A DNA stretch of 64,000 nt from Anaerohalosphaeraceae bacterium (lineage in GTDB: Bacteria; Planctomycetota; Phycisphaerae; Sedimentisphaerales; Anaerohalosphaeraceae): contig JBNRMN010000089.1 of the NCBI GenBank assembly GCA_050309605.1, positions 1-64,000 on the forward strand. Direction: 5' to 3'. Both the position numbers and the translations under genes were made by a program. This document shows, piece after piece, positions 40,977-49,469 of this stretch (positions are counted from its first letter, which is position 1; every line of letters starts with the position of its first letter). The notes beneath the pieces were generated by a model. It ran no database searches, had not been told where the DNA came from, and was given only the letters and a program-made list of their open reading frames with translations.

Positions 40977-41675
40977 TTATTTACCAGACTTTACCTGTTT
41001 CTCCGCTTCAAAAGCCATCTGCTCGGTGGGGGTAATCACCCCCCCGCTGATCACAAAACGCAGCGCTTCTTCAATTGTATAATCCAGCTCAATAGTCTCG
41101 CTTTTGGGTGTCATAATAACATATCCCGTAAACGGCGTCGGCGAGGTCGGCACAAAAACCGTCAAAAACTCATCCTGGGCGGCCGAAACCACGCGCTTGA
41201 TTCCGGTACCCGTCACCAAACCGATCGACCACGTGCCTTTACGCGGATACTCCAGCGCAACCACCTTGCTGAATGTTAAATCTTTTTTGGCCAGCAGAAA
41301 ATCGGTTACCTGCTTGATATTCGGATACACACTGCGAATCAGAGGGATATTGGCCAGGCCGTTCTCAAAAAAACGCCACATCGTCCGACCCACCACACTG
41401 GCCAAAAATGCCCCAATAAACACCACACCGATAACGGCGATGAAGAACCCCGTTATTTTCCCCGGCCCATCGACCCAAAACTCAACCAAAAACGCTTTGG
41501 AGTAATGGGGAGCCAACCAAAGGATAACGTGCACCACGCCGCGGTTGATGTGAACACTGATTTTATCCTGAATAAAGATATAACATTGTACAAAAATCCA
41601 AATTGTCAGAATCGTCGGCAGTAACGCAGCCAAGCCGCGAAAAAAATAAGTTCGAAAATTGCGTAACGCTTCCAT
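40977..41675 (-). CDS. DUF502 membrane protein
   Basis: GLAALLP, IPLIRSVY..KQV, EYPRKG, VFVPTSPTPFTG, ISGG. Confidence 0.92.
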   Translation of the reverse strand: MEALRNFRTYFFRGLAALLPTILTIWIFVQCYIFIQDKISVHINRGVVHVILWLAPHYSKAFLVEFWVDGPGKITGFFIAVIGVVFIGAFLASVVGRTMWRFFENGLANIPLIRSVYPNIKQVTDFLLAKKDLTFSKVVALEYPRKGTWSIGLVTGTGIKRVVSAAQDEFLTVFVPTSPTPFTGYVIMTPKSETIELDYTIEEALRFVISGGVITPTEQMAFEAEKQVKSGK

Positions 41676-42146
41676 TGCCTTAAACGACAATCCTTTCGGG
41701 CCGTATCCGACCGTTTTTGCCTGACGCCCGACTTATCTCAATAACACATCGTGCAAACGCTGCCGACCCATCTTTCGATTTTGTGCTGGTCATATCTACT
41801 AATCTATTGCATTGTGAGGGTTTCGTCAATACAAAATATTCTCTGCGCTGCACCTTGGCGGTATCGACAAAGACAACCCGACACCGTGCGGGGCGTCAGT
41901 TGTCTTATGTATTTCGTTCCTGCGGCATTGCCAATTAAGATATGCGACACAGAAGAATGGCGATTTTATGTTATTTAATGAAGGATTTGTCTGCAATAAA
42001 ACAATAAAAATAAACACCAAAGTGTGTCTTGTTTGGAATTTCCGCTGCGTGCGTCTCTGCCGAAAAGGTCAGCACAATCTCCCCCTGCGAGAATGGACGG
42101 TTTCATCCTCCAGTACAAGGTATGCCGAGAATCCGCGTTAATGTCG

Positions 42147-42198
42147 CAAAATCAAAGATTAAAAATCAAAATGCAAAACTGCAAATCAACATTCAAAA
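42147..42198. repeat. Degenerate A-rich repeat of about 7-bp period (CAAAAT-like units)
   Basis: caaaat caaagat taaaaat caaaatg caaaact gcaaat caacatt caaaa. Confidence 0.5.
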
Positions 42199-42274
42199 AG
42201 AGCGATTTGCCGACGGCTAATCCACATCTGTACCGTAAACCGCCTTGAACTGCATCGCACGCCGCATCTGCGTA

Positions 42275-43105
42275 TCAGCCGCCCGGCACGTAGGAACGCT
42301 GCATAAATCGGATGTCGTCCCACGTTTCATTCGCCTTGGGAACCGTATTTCGAAGCGGATACAGCGACCCGTCGGGATTCCCTTCTGCATTTTCAATCGT
42401 CGATTGGTCTATCCAGTTATGCATTTCGGCATGGCCGTCGGCAAATCCGAGCGTGCCGCGATCCTTGTGCCAAATGGCGATGGGATCAAACCATTGAGGA
42501 GAACTGTAATCCATAATCCATGACCCAATCGCCCAGCCGCGACTGTCCATATTTTCCAAAAAGACAACCTTATTGCCCGCTGCCTTGATTTCACTCATCT
42601 TTTTAATCGGCTGCTGATTGCCTACGCGCTCACCGTTCATCAGGCCGGTAACCGAATAGCTGTTCAGCCAGGCGCCATTGGGGCTGATGTGTGAGAACCG
42701 TGTTGTACTCCTGTCCCCCGGACATTTATAGACATCCACCGCATTGACATAGGGAAACAGCGCCCCTCGCTCAATGCCAATCCGCTCATATTCAGCCGTA
42801 ACAACCGTCGCACCGCCGCGATAATCTCGGGCTTCATTCTGCGGCGGCTCTATCCAGTAATTAACACTCTTGTCCCAGCGATCAATAGTTGGTACATCAC
42901 CGCAAACAATTTCCTGGTCATTCTCCATCGCATACGTGTGCCACGCAATCGTAATCTGCCGGATATTAGACAGACATACCGCACCGGTGGCTTGTTGTTT
43001 GACCCGTTTGAGGGCGGGAACAATAATGGACAGCAACAGTGCGATAATTGCAACAACCACGAGCAATTCAATCAGTGTGAATGCGTTTTTTTGCCTGGTT
43101 TTCAT
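42275..43105 (-). CDS. Prepilin-type N-terminal cleavage protein with H-X9-DG motif (DUF1559-like)
   Basis: AFTLIELLVVVAIIALLLSII, CLSNIRQI, YKCPGD, HKDRGTLGFADGHAE; GAGGAG RBS. Confidence 0.93.
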   Translation of the reverse strand: MKTRQKNAFTLIELLVVVAIIALLLSIIVPALKRVKQQATGAVCLSNIRQITIAWHTYAMENDQEIVCGDVPTIDRWDKSVNYWIEPPQNEARDYRGGATVVTAEYERIGIERGALFPYVNAVDVYKCPGDRSTTRFSHISPNGAWLNSYSVTGLMNGERVGNQQPIKKMSEIKAAGNKVVFLENMDSRGWAIGSWIMDYSSPQWFDPIAIWHKDRGTLGFADGHAEMHNWIDQSTIENAEGNPDGSLYPLRNTVPKANETWDDIRFMQRSYVPGG

Positions 43106-43318
43106 TTATGACTCCTCTTTTACCGGATTGCAACCAAAGGTTGGATTTTCTGAAATTTATTATATTGTCCCACACGACACCGCCTGTGTCCATAGGAAAG
43201 ACGTATCAATTATAGGACAATTGTAACTTTTTATCTATCATAATCGGGGGTTATCGTCAATTTTTTTGAAAAATAATTACAGTCATGCCCTGTTCATTTA
43301 TTACCAAATCAACACACG

Positions 43319-46300
43319 CTATCCGCCTTCCAAAATAAATCCTTCCAGAACAACATTATCAAAGCGATTATTTCCGGAGATTTCGGAGGCATTGGTGCCG
43401 GTAAAGACAGTGCGTATCTCAAAATCCGGATTATTGTTGACCCCCGACAAATCGGACAAATCAAAGGTGTAATGCTGATAGGTCTCGGTGATCGTCAATT
43501 CATCTCCAAGCGGCTGCCAACTATCCATCGGGCCGGTGCGGTATTCGACGCGCTGGTACTCAGCGCCGTTTGAAGTGCGTCTGGCCGCATAGCTGAACTG
43601 CACCCGTTCGTATCCCGTGGTCGGCACTGAAAATACAAGTTGTCGGGTATGCGAAGGATTCCGCACCCGCAGGCCGTTGCCCGCATCCAGCCCCATTTGC
43701 ACATTGATCGTCGAACCGTCGGTTGTATCCATATAGCCATCACCATAGCCGGGATATGTGATCAGCGCCCCGGCCGCAAGCGAATAATCCGCCGGGACGA
43801 ACGAGAGATGGCCGTCTGTGTCATTAAAATGCCAGTAGTGCACGATACGGGCAATCGATTCGTCAGGCGCCTGTCCGGGCGACGGCACGACGGCCTGCCA
43901 ATTGGCCGCATCGCTGCCGTAGCGTCTGTTATCGCACCGACCCAGTGCCATCCCCCCGCCGTTGGCCTGAAAAGGCCACGGATCCTGTCCGACGGGATTC
44001 AGGCCGTTGCTGTAAGCGACCCGGTCAATGAGCATATAACGGCGTTGCCCGTCGTCGTCCTGTCCGGGTCTGAGCAGGTCGATTGACTCGCCGGCATTGT
44101 TCAGCCGTCCGTCGTATGGCCCAAAGATCAGGTCCGTCGGCACGTCAGGGTAACGACTCTTAAAGGCGTCGATATTCCGCACCACCACAATCACCCCGCC
44201 GGGCGGGATAACGCTGCCGCTCGGAAATTCAAATTCCACCGCATCGCTTAATTTCCAACCGAAAGAAGCCTCCTGTTCGGCGTCGTATTCATCCAGTGCC
44301 ACCGGATAACCGGCGATATTGCACAGTTGGACGTATTCATACTCTTCTTTGTCGTATGCGCCGCCGGACGGCGGATGATACATCACTTCCCGAATCACGA
44401 CCGGCCCGACAGCCGGCTCAGCGTTCGGCCCGCCCGGCGTTGTCTCGCTTAACGTCGTAAAATCCCAATGGGGGATATTATGATTATATCTGCCAAACGA
44501 CCGCCCCGGCTGCGAAACGCCGAAGGACTGTTCAGTATAATAATGACCGGTGATTTGACCGTCCTGACCGGAAAACAGATACACCGTTTCGCCGAATCGG
44601 CTCAGTCCGAATGCCTTAAGCGTTCCTTCCGCCTCCGGATTTCCGAACGTACTGTCTTCCTCAAAGACCAGATACCCGCCGGCCGGCAGTACCACCGTTG
44701 GCGGAATCTGATAGTAACGCCGCCGGTCATCGTCCGTATTGCGGTCGCTCAGGAACCAGCCGCCCAGCGGAATCGGTTCACTGGTGGTATTGAATAATTC
44801 GACCCAATCAGACCGTCCGGGATCGTAAGCCAGAATCTCGTTGATGAGGATGCTGCCCGGCGCAATGCCCCACCCCGGATCGTCCAGCCCCGGCGAACCT
44901 TCGCGGGAGGAACTTGCGCGCCAGCCCAGTTTGTCGTTCCAGCATGTTAGCGGCGAGCCGGGCGGGTCGTGCTTGGTCAGCGAAAACCCCTGGCCGTCAG
45001 TCAGCGGATACCAATCGTCATCGTATTCAAACCGGTGAATCACATTGCCCTCGGCATCCCAAAGAATCAGCTCTTCGCCGCTGTTGGACAATTGCCCGTC
45101 GTAGCCGCCGAGCACCGCGACACCCTGCGGAACCGTAAAGCGAGATGCGAACGCCTGCGGGGCTTTGGCCAATATCATATATTCGCCCGGCGACAGCGAT
45201 ACGCCGTCCGGGAACGTATAGTAAATTCCCTCGGCAAACACAACCCCTCCCAGCGGCAGCGGCTCATCGCCTGTGTTGAGCAATTCCACGTACTCATAAT
45301 CCTGTGTCTCAAAGTCCGTCGCTTCGACCGGCGACGGATTATACATCAGCTCCGTAATCCGCAGATAGCGCTGGGCGTTGCTCGGATTGCCGTCAAACGC
45401 CTTGACAGCGACCGCCCGATGCTGCGCATCATACAGCGTCAGCGTACCGCCCCACCGCGACAATCGCCCCGCATAATTGCCCTGCACAAACCGATATTCA
45501 CCGCCGCGCGGCGATTGGGCGCGATGGCGAAACGCAATGGCATGGGGTGTCAGATACAGCGCATCGCCCGCCGGGATCACCGTCCCGCCGGCGAACGTAT
45601 GTTCAATACCCCCGCCGTTCAACATCCAGCCGCTGATGTCGGCGGCAAAGGCATTGGGATTGACAATCTCAATATAATCTTCATCCCGATTGCCGCCGCC
45701 TAAGTTTGTTTCGACAGCTCCGATTTCTATGGTCAACTGTTCCGGCTGGGCGTCGGGAATGCCCGCCGGATCGTCCGGCCACGACGACCCTTCGGCATGA
45801 TTAACGTATAAATGTGTTCGTCGTATCGGCAAATACTGCGTTTTGATCGCCTCAACCGCCTGCCAATACGCCGGCGTGTCAAGCGCCTCGGCGACCCATT
45901 CGGCCAGCTCATCAATGCGGCGTTCGTAACGCAATTGCGCTGACGGCGTATCCGGCGGCTGAAGGCGCGTGTCCATCAAGGTACGCAGACGCCGCAGATA
46001 CATCTGCCGCGCCTTCGGGTCGGCGAACACCGCATCAAACAGACGATTCCATTGATAATCAATCTTTTGATGAGACTGACTGCCGTAAAACGGATGGCTG
46101 GGCGAACGTAACGGGTCATCCGGCCAGTCCTGATCGGCGATCACGCCGTCAATCCCGTGATTGAGGCCGAACGTCAGATCCTTATCCCACGGAATAAACA
46201 TCCATTCGCCGGTGCGGTTGGTATCGCGATAAAAATAGTAGTTTTTGTGGGTGTGGTCGTTTTCGTGGATGAGCACCGAAGCGGCTAAATAACTGATGAC

Positions 46301-49300
46301 CGCCGGCAGATTGACGTGATCAAACAGAAAAACGCCGCGGTCGGGATGATCCGGTGCAATACCGGCTGCAAAAGCTTTCAAATCACTGTTATCTTCATCC
46401 AGACGTGTGAGCTTCCGTTCAATCTGTTCACCGGCAAGGCTGGGGTTTAAGTCCGTGTACATCTTGTAATACGCCCCGTTATCGTCCAGACCCGCCCGCC
46501 GCAGAAAATGCCGATCAGGCTGTTCGACCAACAGCCGCACCATCGGCTCGCTGTTATTGCGAATCACACGCAGCGGGAAGGCAATGCTGCTCGGCACGCC
46601 CGCTTCGGCATACGTCTCAAACGACAGCGGCGGACGAATAAACGTCATATCCGCCCCTTGGCCGTTCAGGTTGATTTCATCGACGCGGTCAAACCGCGGA
46701 TGAAATCGGAATTTTTCACCGTCGTTAAAATCGATCTTTCGGCTGCCGGTGCTTGCGGCATAATAACCGCCGCGCAAACGGATGAACACATTATCATAAA
46801 ACTCATCCATAAAAAAGACCGAACAGCGGGTCCCGTTTTCGGTGGCTTCGGCGGCGGTATCCTGTACAAAATAATACAGCGTCTGCAAAGGCGACTGTAC
46901 AGACGGATCACGAACGATCGTCCCGAAATAGCGAGGCGAATTGTCGGCAAGCATAAAAGCCGGCTTTCGCGTCTCGATCCCCTGTGTATCCCGGGCGCGC
47001 ACAAACCAGCGTACCATCTGGCCGGTCTGGTAAGCCGAGGCGGGAATCACCGCGGTGTATAGTCCGTCATCGGAAACCACATCGGCCCCTTGTCCGTCAT
47101 CGCTCATCGGCACGGTAATCTCCTGACCGAATCCGATGCGATAGGTCATCTCAACCCGGTCAATCGGCCGGCCGGCAGATTCAACAGCAGCGGTAATGAC
47201 CAAATCTTCGCTCTCCGACGGCGGCGCGGGATTGCGTGTGACATCACGAACCAGCGGCCCCAGGGTCATTTGTCCGCTCGAATTTCGTGTACCGGGAGTC
47301 GGGTCATGAAAATAGGCCTCCATCGAAGAGGCGACCGCAGCCGCTTGTGCGCGCCGGGCTGTCAACCGCGGCAGGATCAGCAAATCCGAGCTGTACGCCC
47401 CGCGATTCAGGCCGTGTATCGACAAGACATTAGACCCGTTTCGCAATGACTCGACCGCCTCCGGCGATACCGCAAAAGATTCGTACCGGTCGGCGTCCTG
47501 CGAGCGCATCGCCTGGCTGTTCCACGTTACCACCGGCGGCGCATTGGCAGAAGCCGCAAACACGCCGTTCAGATAGGCGACGAATCCGTCATCGTACATC
47601 ATCCACAGCGCCACTTCTTCAAGATCGCTCGGATCATCCACCTCAAACGGCACGCGAATATAGACCGAGGTGTTCACGCCGTACATAGCGCCGACATCCA
47701 GCCCGATCCAGGGTTCGTATCCGGTTTGCCGTTCATACCCCACGCCCGTCGTGCCCGTCAGCCAGCCGACCGGCTCAAAATCAACCGCCGTCCAGGTCAG
47801 CCCCAGACTGTCATCCGCGGGGATTTTGGCATACGCCGCGGCCTGCGCCGAAAGCAGGTCCACTGTGAGCGCAGCACGTCCTTCCGGAGCGGCCAGACCA
47901 TACGACACCGCTCCGTATTGCGTCGGATACGCATACTTATGAACAATGGTTTGACCGTCCGGCGCAACCAGCGCCAGGTAATCCGGATCGCTGGTGAGGC
48001 TGAAGTTGGTATGATACGGCTCGCCGGGCGTTCGGCGATTCTTGCCGGAGGCGAATAGGACCGCAAAGCCCTGCGGCTCCAGCACCAGCGGCGGTATCCG
48101 CCAGCGCGTCGGATTGTCCGGCTTGTCGGTTAAATACCATCCGTCCAGATCGACCGCCTGGCCGGTCGGGTTGCATAATTCAATCCAGTCCGATGAATCG
48201 CCGTCTTCGTCCACGATCTCGTTATCGGCAAGCGGAGGCTTGGCCCGATTGACCGCCAGAAATTCACTGATGACCGCCGACGGCCCGGCACGGCGCCAGT
48301 GTTCCGCCAGCAGTGCAAAATCCGTCAGATTAACGCCGTCTTGCCGCCCGCCGGCATTTGGCAAATCACCCGACGGCCAATCCACCTGAAGCCAGTACTC
48401 AGCCAGCAGCGCCAAATCTTCACTATCGACACGGCAATCCTGATTCAGATCCCCCGTCGGGCACAGCGATTCGGATACAGAGACCCGCAGGGTATCGCTG
48501 ACCGAATGATGCGTCGTCGAAGCGGTCAGCGACAGCACATAAACACCGGTCGTCGCAGGAAAAACTACGCGGGGATCAGCCACAAAACGACTCGGCGAAA
48601 AGATCACGTCCTCCTCGGATACTCCCTCAGGAGCCGACTGAAGCGCCCACTGAAGCGCTAAAGTTTCCTCTTGCCCGAAAACCGTCGCCCGACCGGCCAA
48701 CTGCACCTGATTAAAAGGCAGCACGATCACCTGATCCGCACCGGCACTGACCTCCGGCGGCCATCCCCCTTCGGGCACTCCGAGCAATTCCACCTCGGCA
48801 ATTTGCATACTGTTGGCCGCGGCGGGATTTCTAACCGCTGTAAACAGTAATTGATAATGCGAATATGGCGTTGTATTCGAGAAGAAAATGGGCGTCGCAT
48901 TGGGCGTATAACGCGGCCAGGGCGTCGTTTGATTGAAATCGGCAATCTGGCCGGAGACGATCAGCACGTAAGGCCCGTTGATGCCGTCGTTGGAACCGTA
49001 CAATTCAAACGCGACCGGATCGCGGTCCGGGTGGTCATTGGCCGTCGTGAAGCTCAGTCCGACCACCGGCGTTAGCGAAACACTCGGCGCGACGCGAAAG
49101 CCGGACGACTGCCCGCCTCCGTCAAAGTGCAGGTATTTGGTGTTGACGTCGTCATCGATGGCATTGGGCGGGCTTTCCTTTGACGGCCAGTTTCCGTTGT
49201 TCGGAACGCCGACAACCGGATCACCCGGCCGGGTTATATCCGCCGATGACGCTGTTGCAAAACCCGTCAGCAAAAGAACACAAACACATCCTATCGACAC

Positions 49301-49345
49301 CACCGCACCTCGGCTGAAACTCGAATGTCCGCTGTCTTGCAGCAT
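43319..49345 (-). CDS. 2008-aa secreted multidomain protein: discoidin-like module, PKD-like, dockerin-like, lamin-tail domains, CotH kinase
   Basis: ANDHPDRDP module; GDLNQDCRVD; ISEF..DWIELCN, ITELMYNP, INEI..DWVELFN, IREVMYHP (LTDs); IRLRGG..RKIDF, VEQPD, ENDHTHKNYY, IPWDKDLTFG (CotH). Confidence 0.88.
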   Translation of the reverse strand: MLQDSGHSSFSRGAVVSIGCVCVLLLTGFATASSADITRPGDPVVGVPNNGNWPSKESPPNAIDDDVNTKYLHFDGGGQSSGFRVAPSVSLTPVVGLSFTTANDHPDRDPVAFELYGSNDGINGPYVLIVSGQIADFNQTTPWPRYTPNATPIFFSNTTPYSHYQLLFTAVRNPAAANSMQIAEVELLGVPEGGWPPEVSAGADQVIVLPFNQVQLAGRATVFGQEETLALQWALQSAPEGVSEEDVIFSPSRFVADPRVVFPATTGVYVLSLTASTTHHSVSDTLRVSVSESLCPTGDLNQDCRVDSEDLALLAEYWLQVDWPSGDLPNAGGRQDGVNLTDFALLAEHWRRAGPSAVISEFLAVNRAKPPLADNEIVDEDGDSSDWIELCNPTGQAVDLDGWYLTDKPDNPTRWRIPPLVLEPQGFAVLFASGKNRRTPGEPYHTNFSLTSDPDYLALVAPDGQTIVHKYAYPTQYGAVSYGLAAPEGRAALTVDLLSAQAAAYAKIPADDSLGLTWTAVDFEPVGWLTGTTGVGYERQTGYEPWIGLDVGAMYGVNTSVYIRVPFEVDDPSDLEEVALWMMYDDGFVAYLNGVFAASANAPPVVTWNSQAMRSQDADRYESFAVSPEAVESLRNGSNVLSIHGLNRGAYSSDLLILPRLTARRAQAAAVASSMEAYFHDPTPGTRNSSGQMTLGPLVRDVTRNPAPPSESEDLVITAAVESAGRPIDRVEMTYRIGFGQEITVPMSDDGQGADVVSDDGLYTAVIPASAYQTGQMVRWFVRARDTQGIETRKPAFMLADNSPRYFGTIVRDPSVQSPLQTLYYFVQDTAAEATENGTRCSVFFMDEFYDNVFIRLRGGYYAASTGSRKIDFNDGEKFRFHPRFDRVDEINLNGQGADMTFIRPPLSFETYAEAGVPSSIAFPLRVIRNNSEPMVRLLVEQPDRHFLRRAGLDDNGAYYKMYTDLNPSLAGEQIERKLTRLDEDNSDLKAFAAGIAPDHPDRGVFLFDHVNLPAVISYLAASVLIHENDHTHKNYYFYRDTNRTGEWMFIPWDKDLTFGLNHGIDGVIADQDWPDDPLRSPSHPFYGSQSHQKIDYQWNRLFDAVFADPKARQMYLRRLRTLMDTRLQPPDTPSAQLRYERRIDELAEWVAEALDTPAYWQAVEAIKTQYLPIRRTHLYVNHAEGSSWPDDPAGIPDAQPEQLTIEIGAVETNLGGGNRDEDYIEIVNPNAFAADISGWMLNGGGIEHTFAGGTVIPAGDALYLTPHAIAFRHRAQSPRGGEYRFVQGNYAGRLSRWGGTLTLYDAQHRAVAVKAFDGNPSNAQRYLRITELMYNPSPVEATDFETQDYEYVELLNTGDEPLPLGGVVFAEGIYYTFPDGVSLSPGEYMILAKAPQAFASRFTVPQGVAVLGGYDGQLSNSGEELILWDAEGNVIHRFEYDDDWYPLTDGQGFSLTKHDPPGSPLTCWNDKLGWRASSSREGSPGLDDPGWGIAPGSILINEILAYDPGRSDWVELFNTTSEPIPLGGWFLSDRNTDDDRRRYYQIPPTVVLPAGGYLVFEEDSTFGNPEAEGTLKAFGLSRFGETVYLFSGQDGQITGHYYTEQSFGVSQPGRSFGRYNHNIPHWDFTTLSETTPGGPNAEPAVGPVVIREVMYHPPSGGAYDKEEYEYVQLCNIAGYPVALDEYDAEQEASFGWKLSDAVEFEFPSGSVIPPGGVIVVVRNIDAFKSRYPDVPTDLIFGPYDGRLNNAGESIDLLRPGQDDDGQRRYMLIDRVAYSNGLNPVGQDPWPFQANGGGMALGRCDNRRYGSDAANWQAVVPSPGQAPDESIARIVHYWHFNDTDGHLSFVPADYSLAAGALITYPGYGDGYMDTTDGSTINVQMGLDAGNGLRVRNPSHTRQLVFSVPTTGYERVQFSYAARRTSNGAEYQRVEYRTGPMDSWQPLGDELTITETYQHYTFDLSDLSGVNNNPDFEIRTVFTGTNASEISGNNRFDNVVLEGFILEGG

Positions 49346-49386
49346 CCCCCATTGCCTTTCTCAATCGCATTGCCAATCGCCGTACA

Positions 49387-49426
49387 GAAAAAACGGACTG
49401 CGCCGCGGTTCCGACACAGTCCGTTT
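49387..49426 (-). terminator. Intrinsic terminator/attenuator between the two surface-protein genes
   Basis: AAACGGACTG...CAGTCCGTTT stem with a U-run on the minus strand. Confidence 0.7.
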
Positions 49427-49469
49427 CTTTCTCACATAATCACCTACATCATTTTACATCTTCAGATCG

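Noticed and set aside
42275..43105. Type IV pilus or type II secretion locus
   Set aside because: Only one pilin-like gene; no ATPase, secretin or platform genes nearby.
43319..49345. Sporulation gene
   Set aside because: CotH domains occur widely in non-sporulating bacteria; no other spore genes are present.
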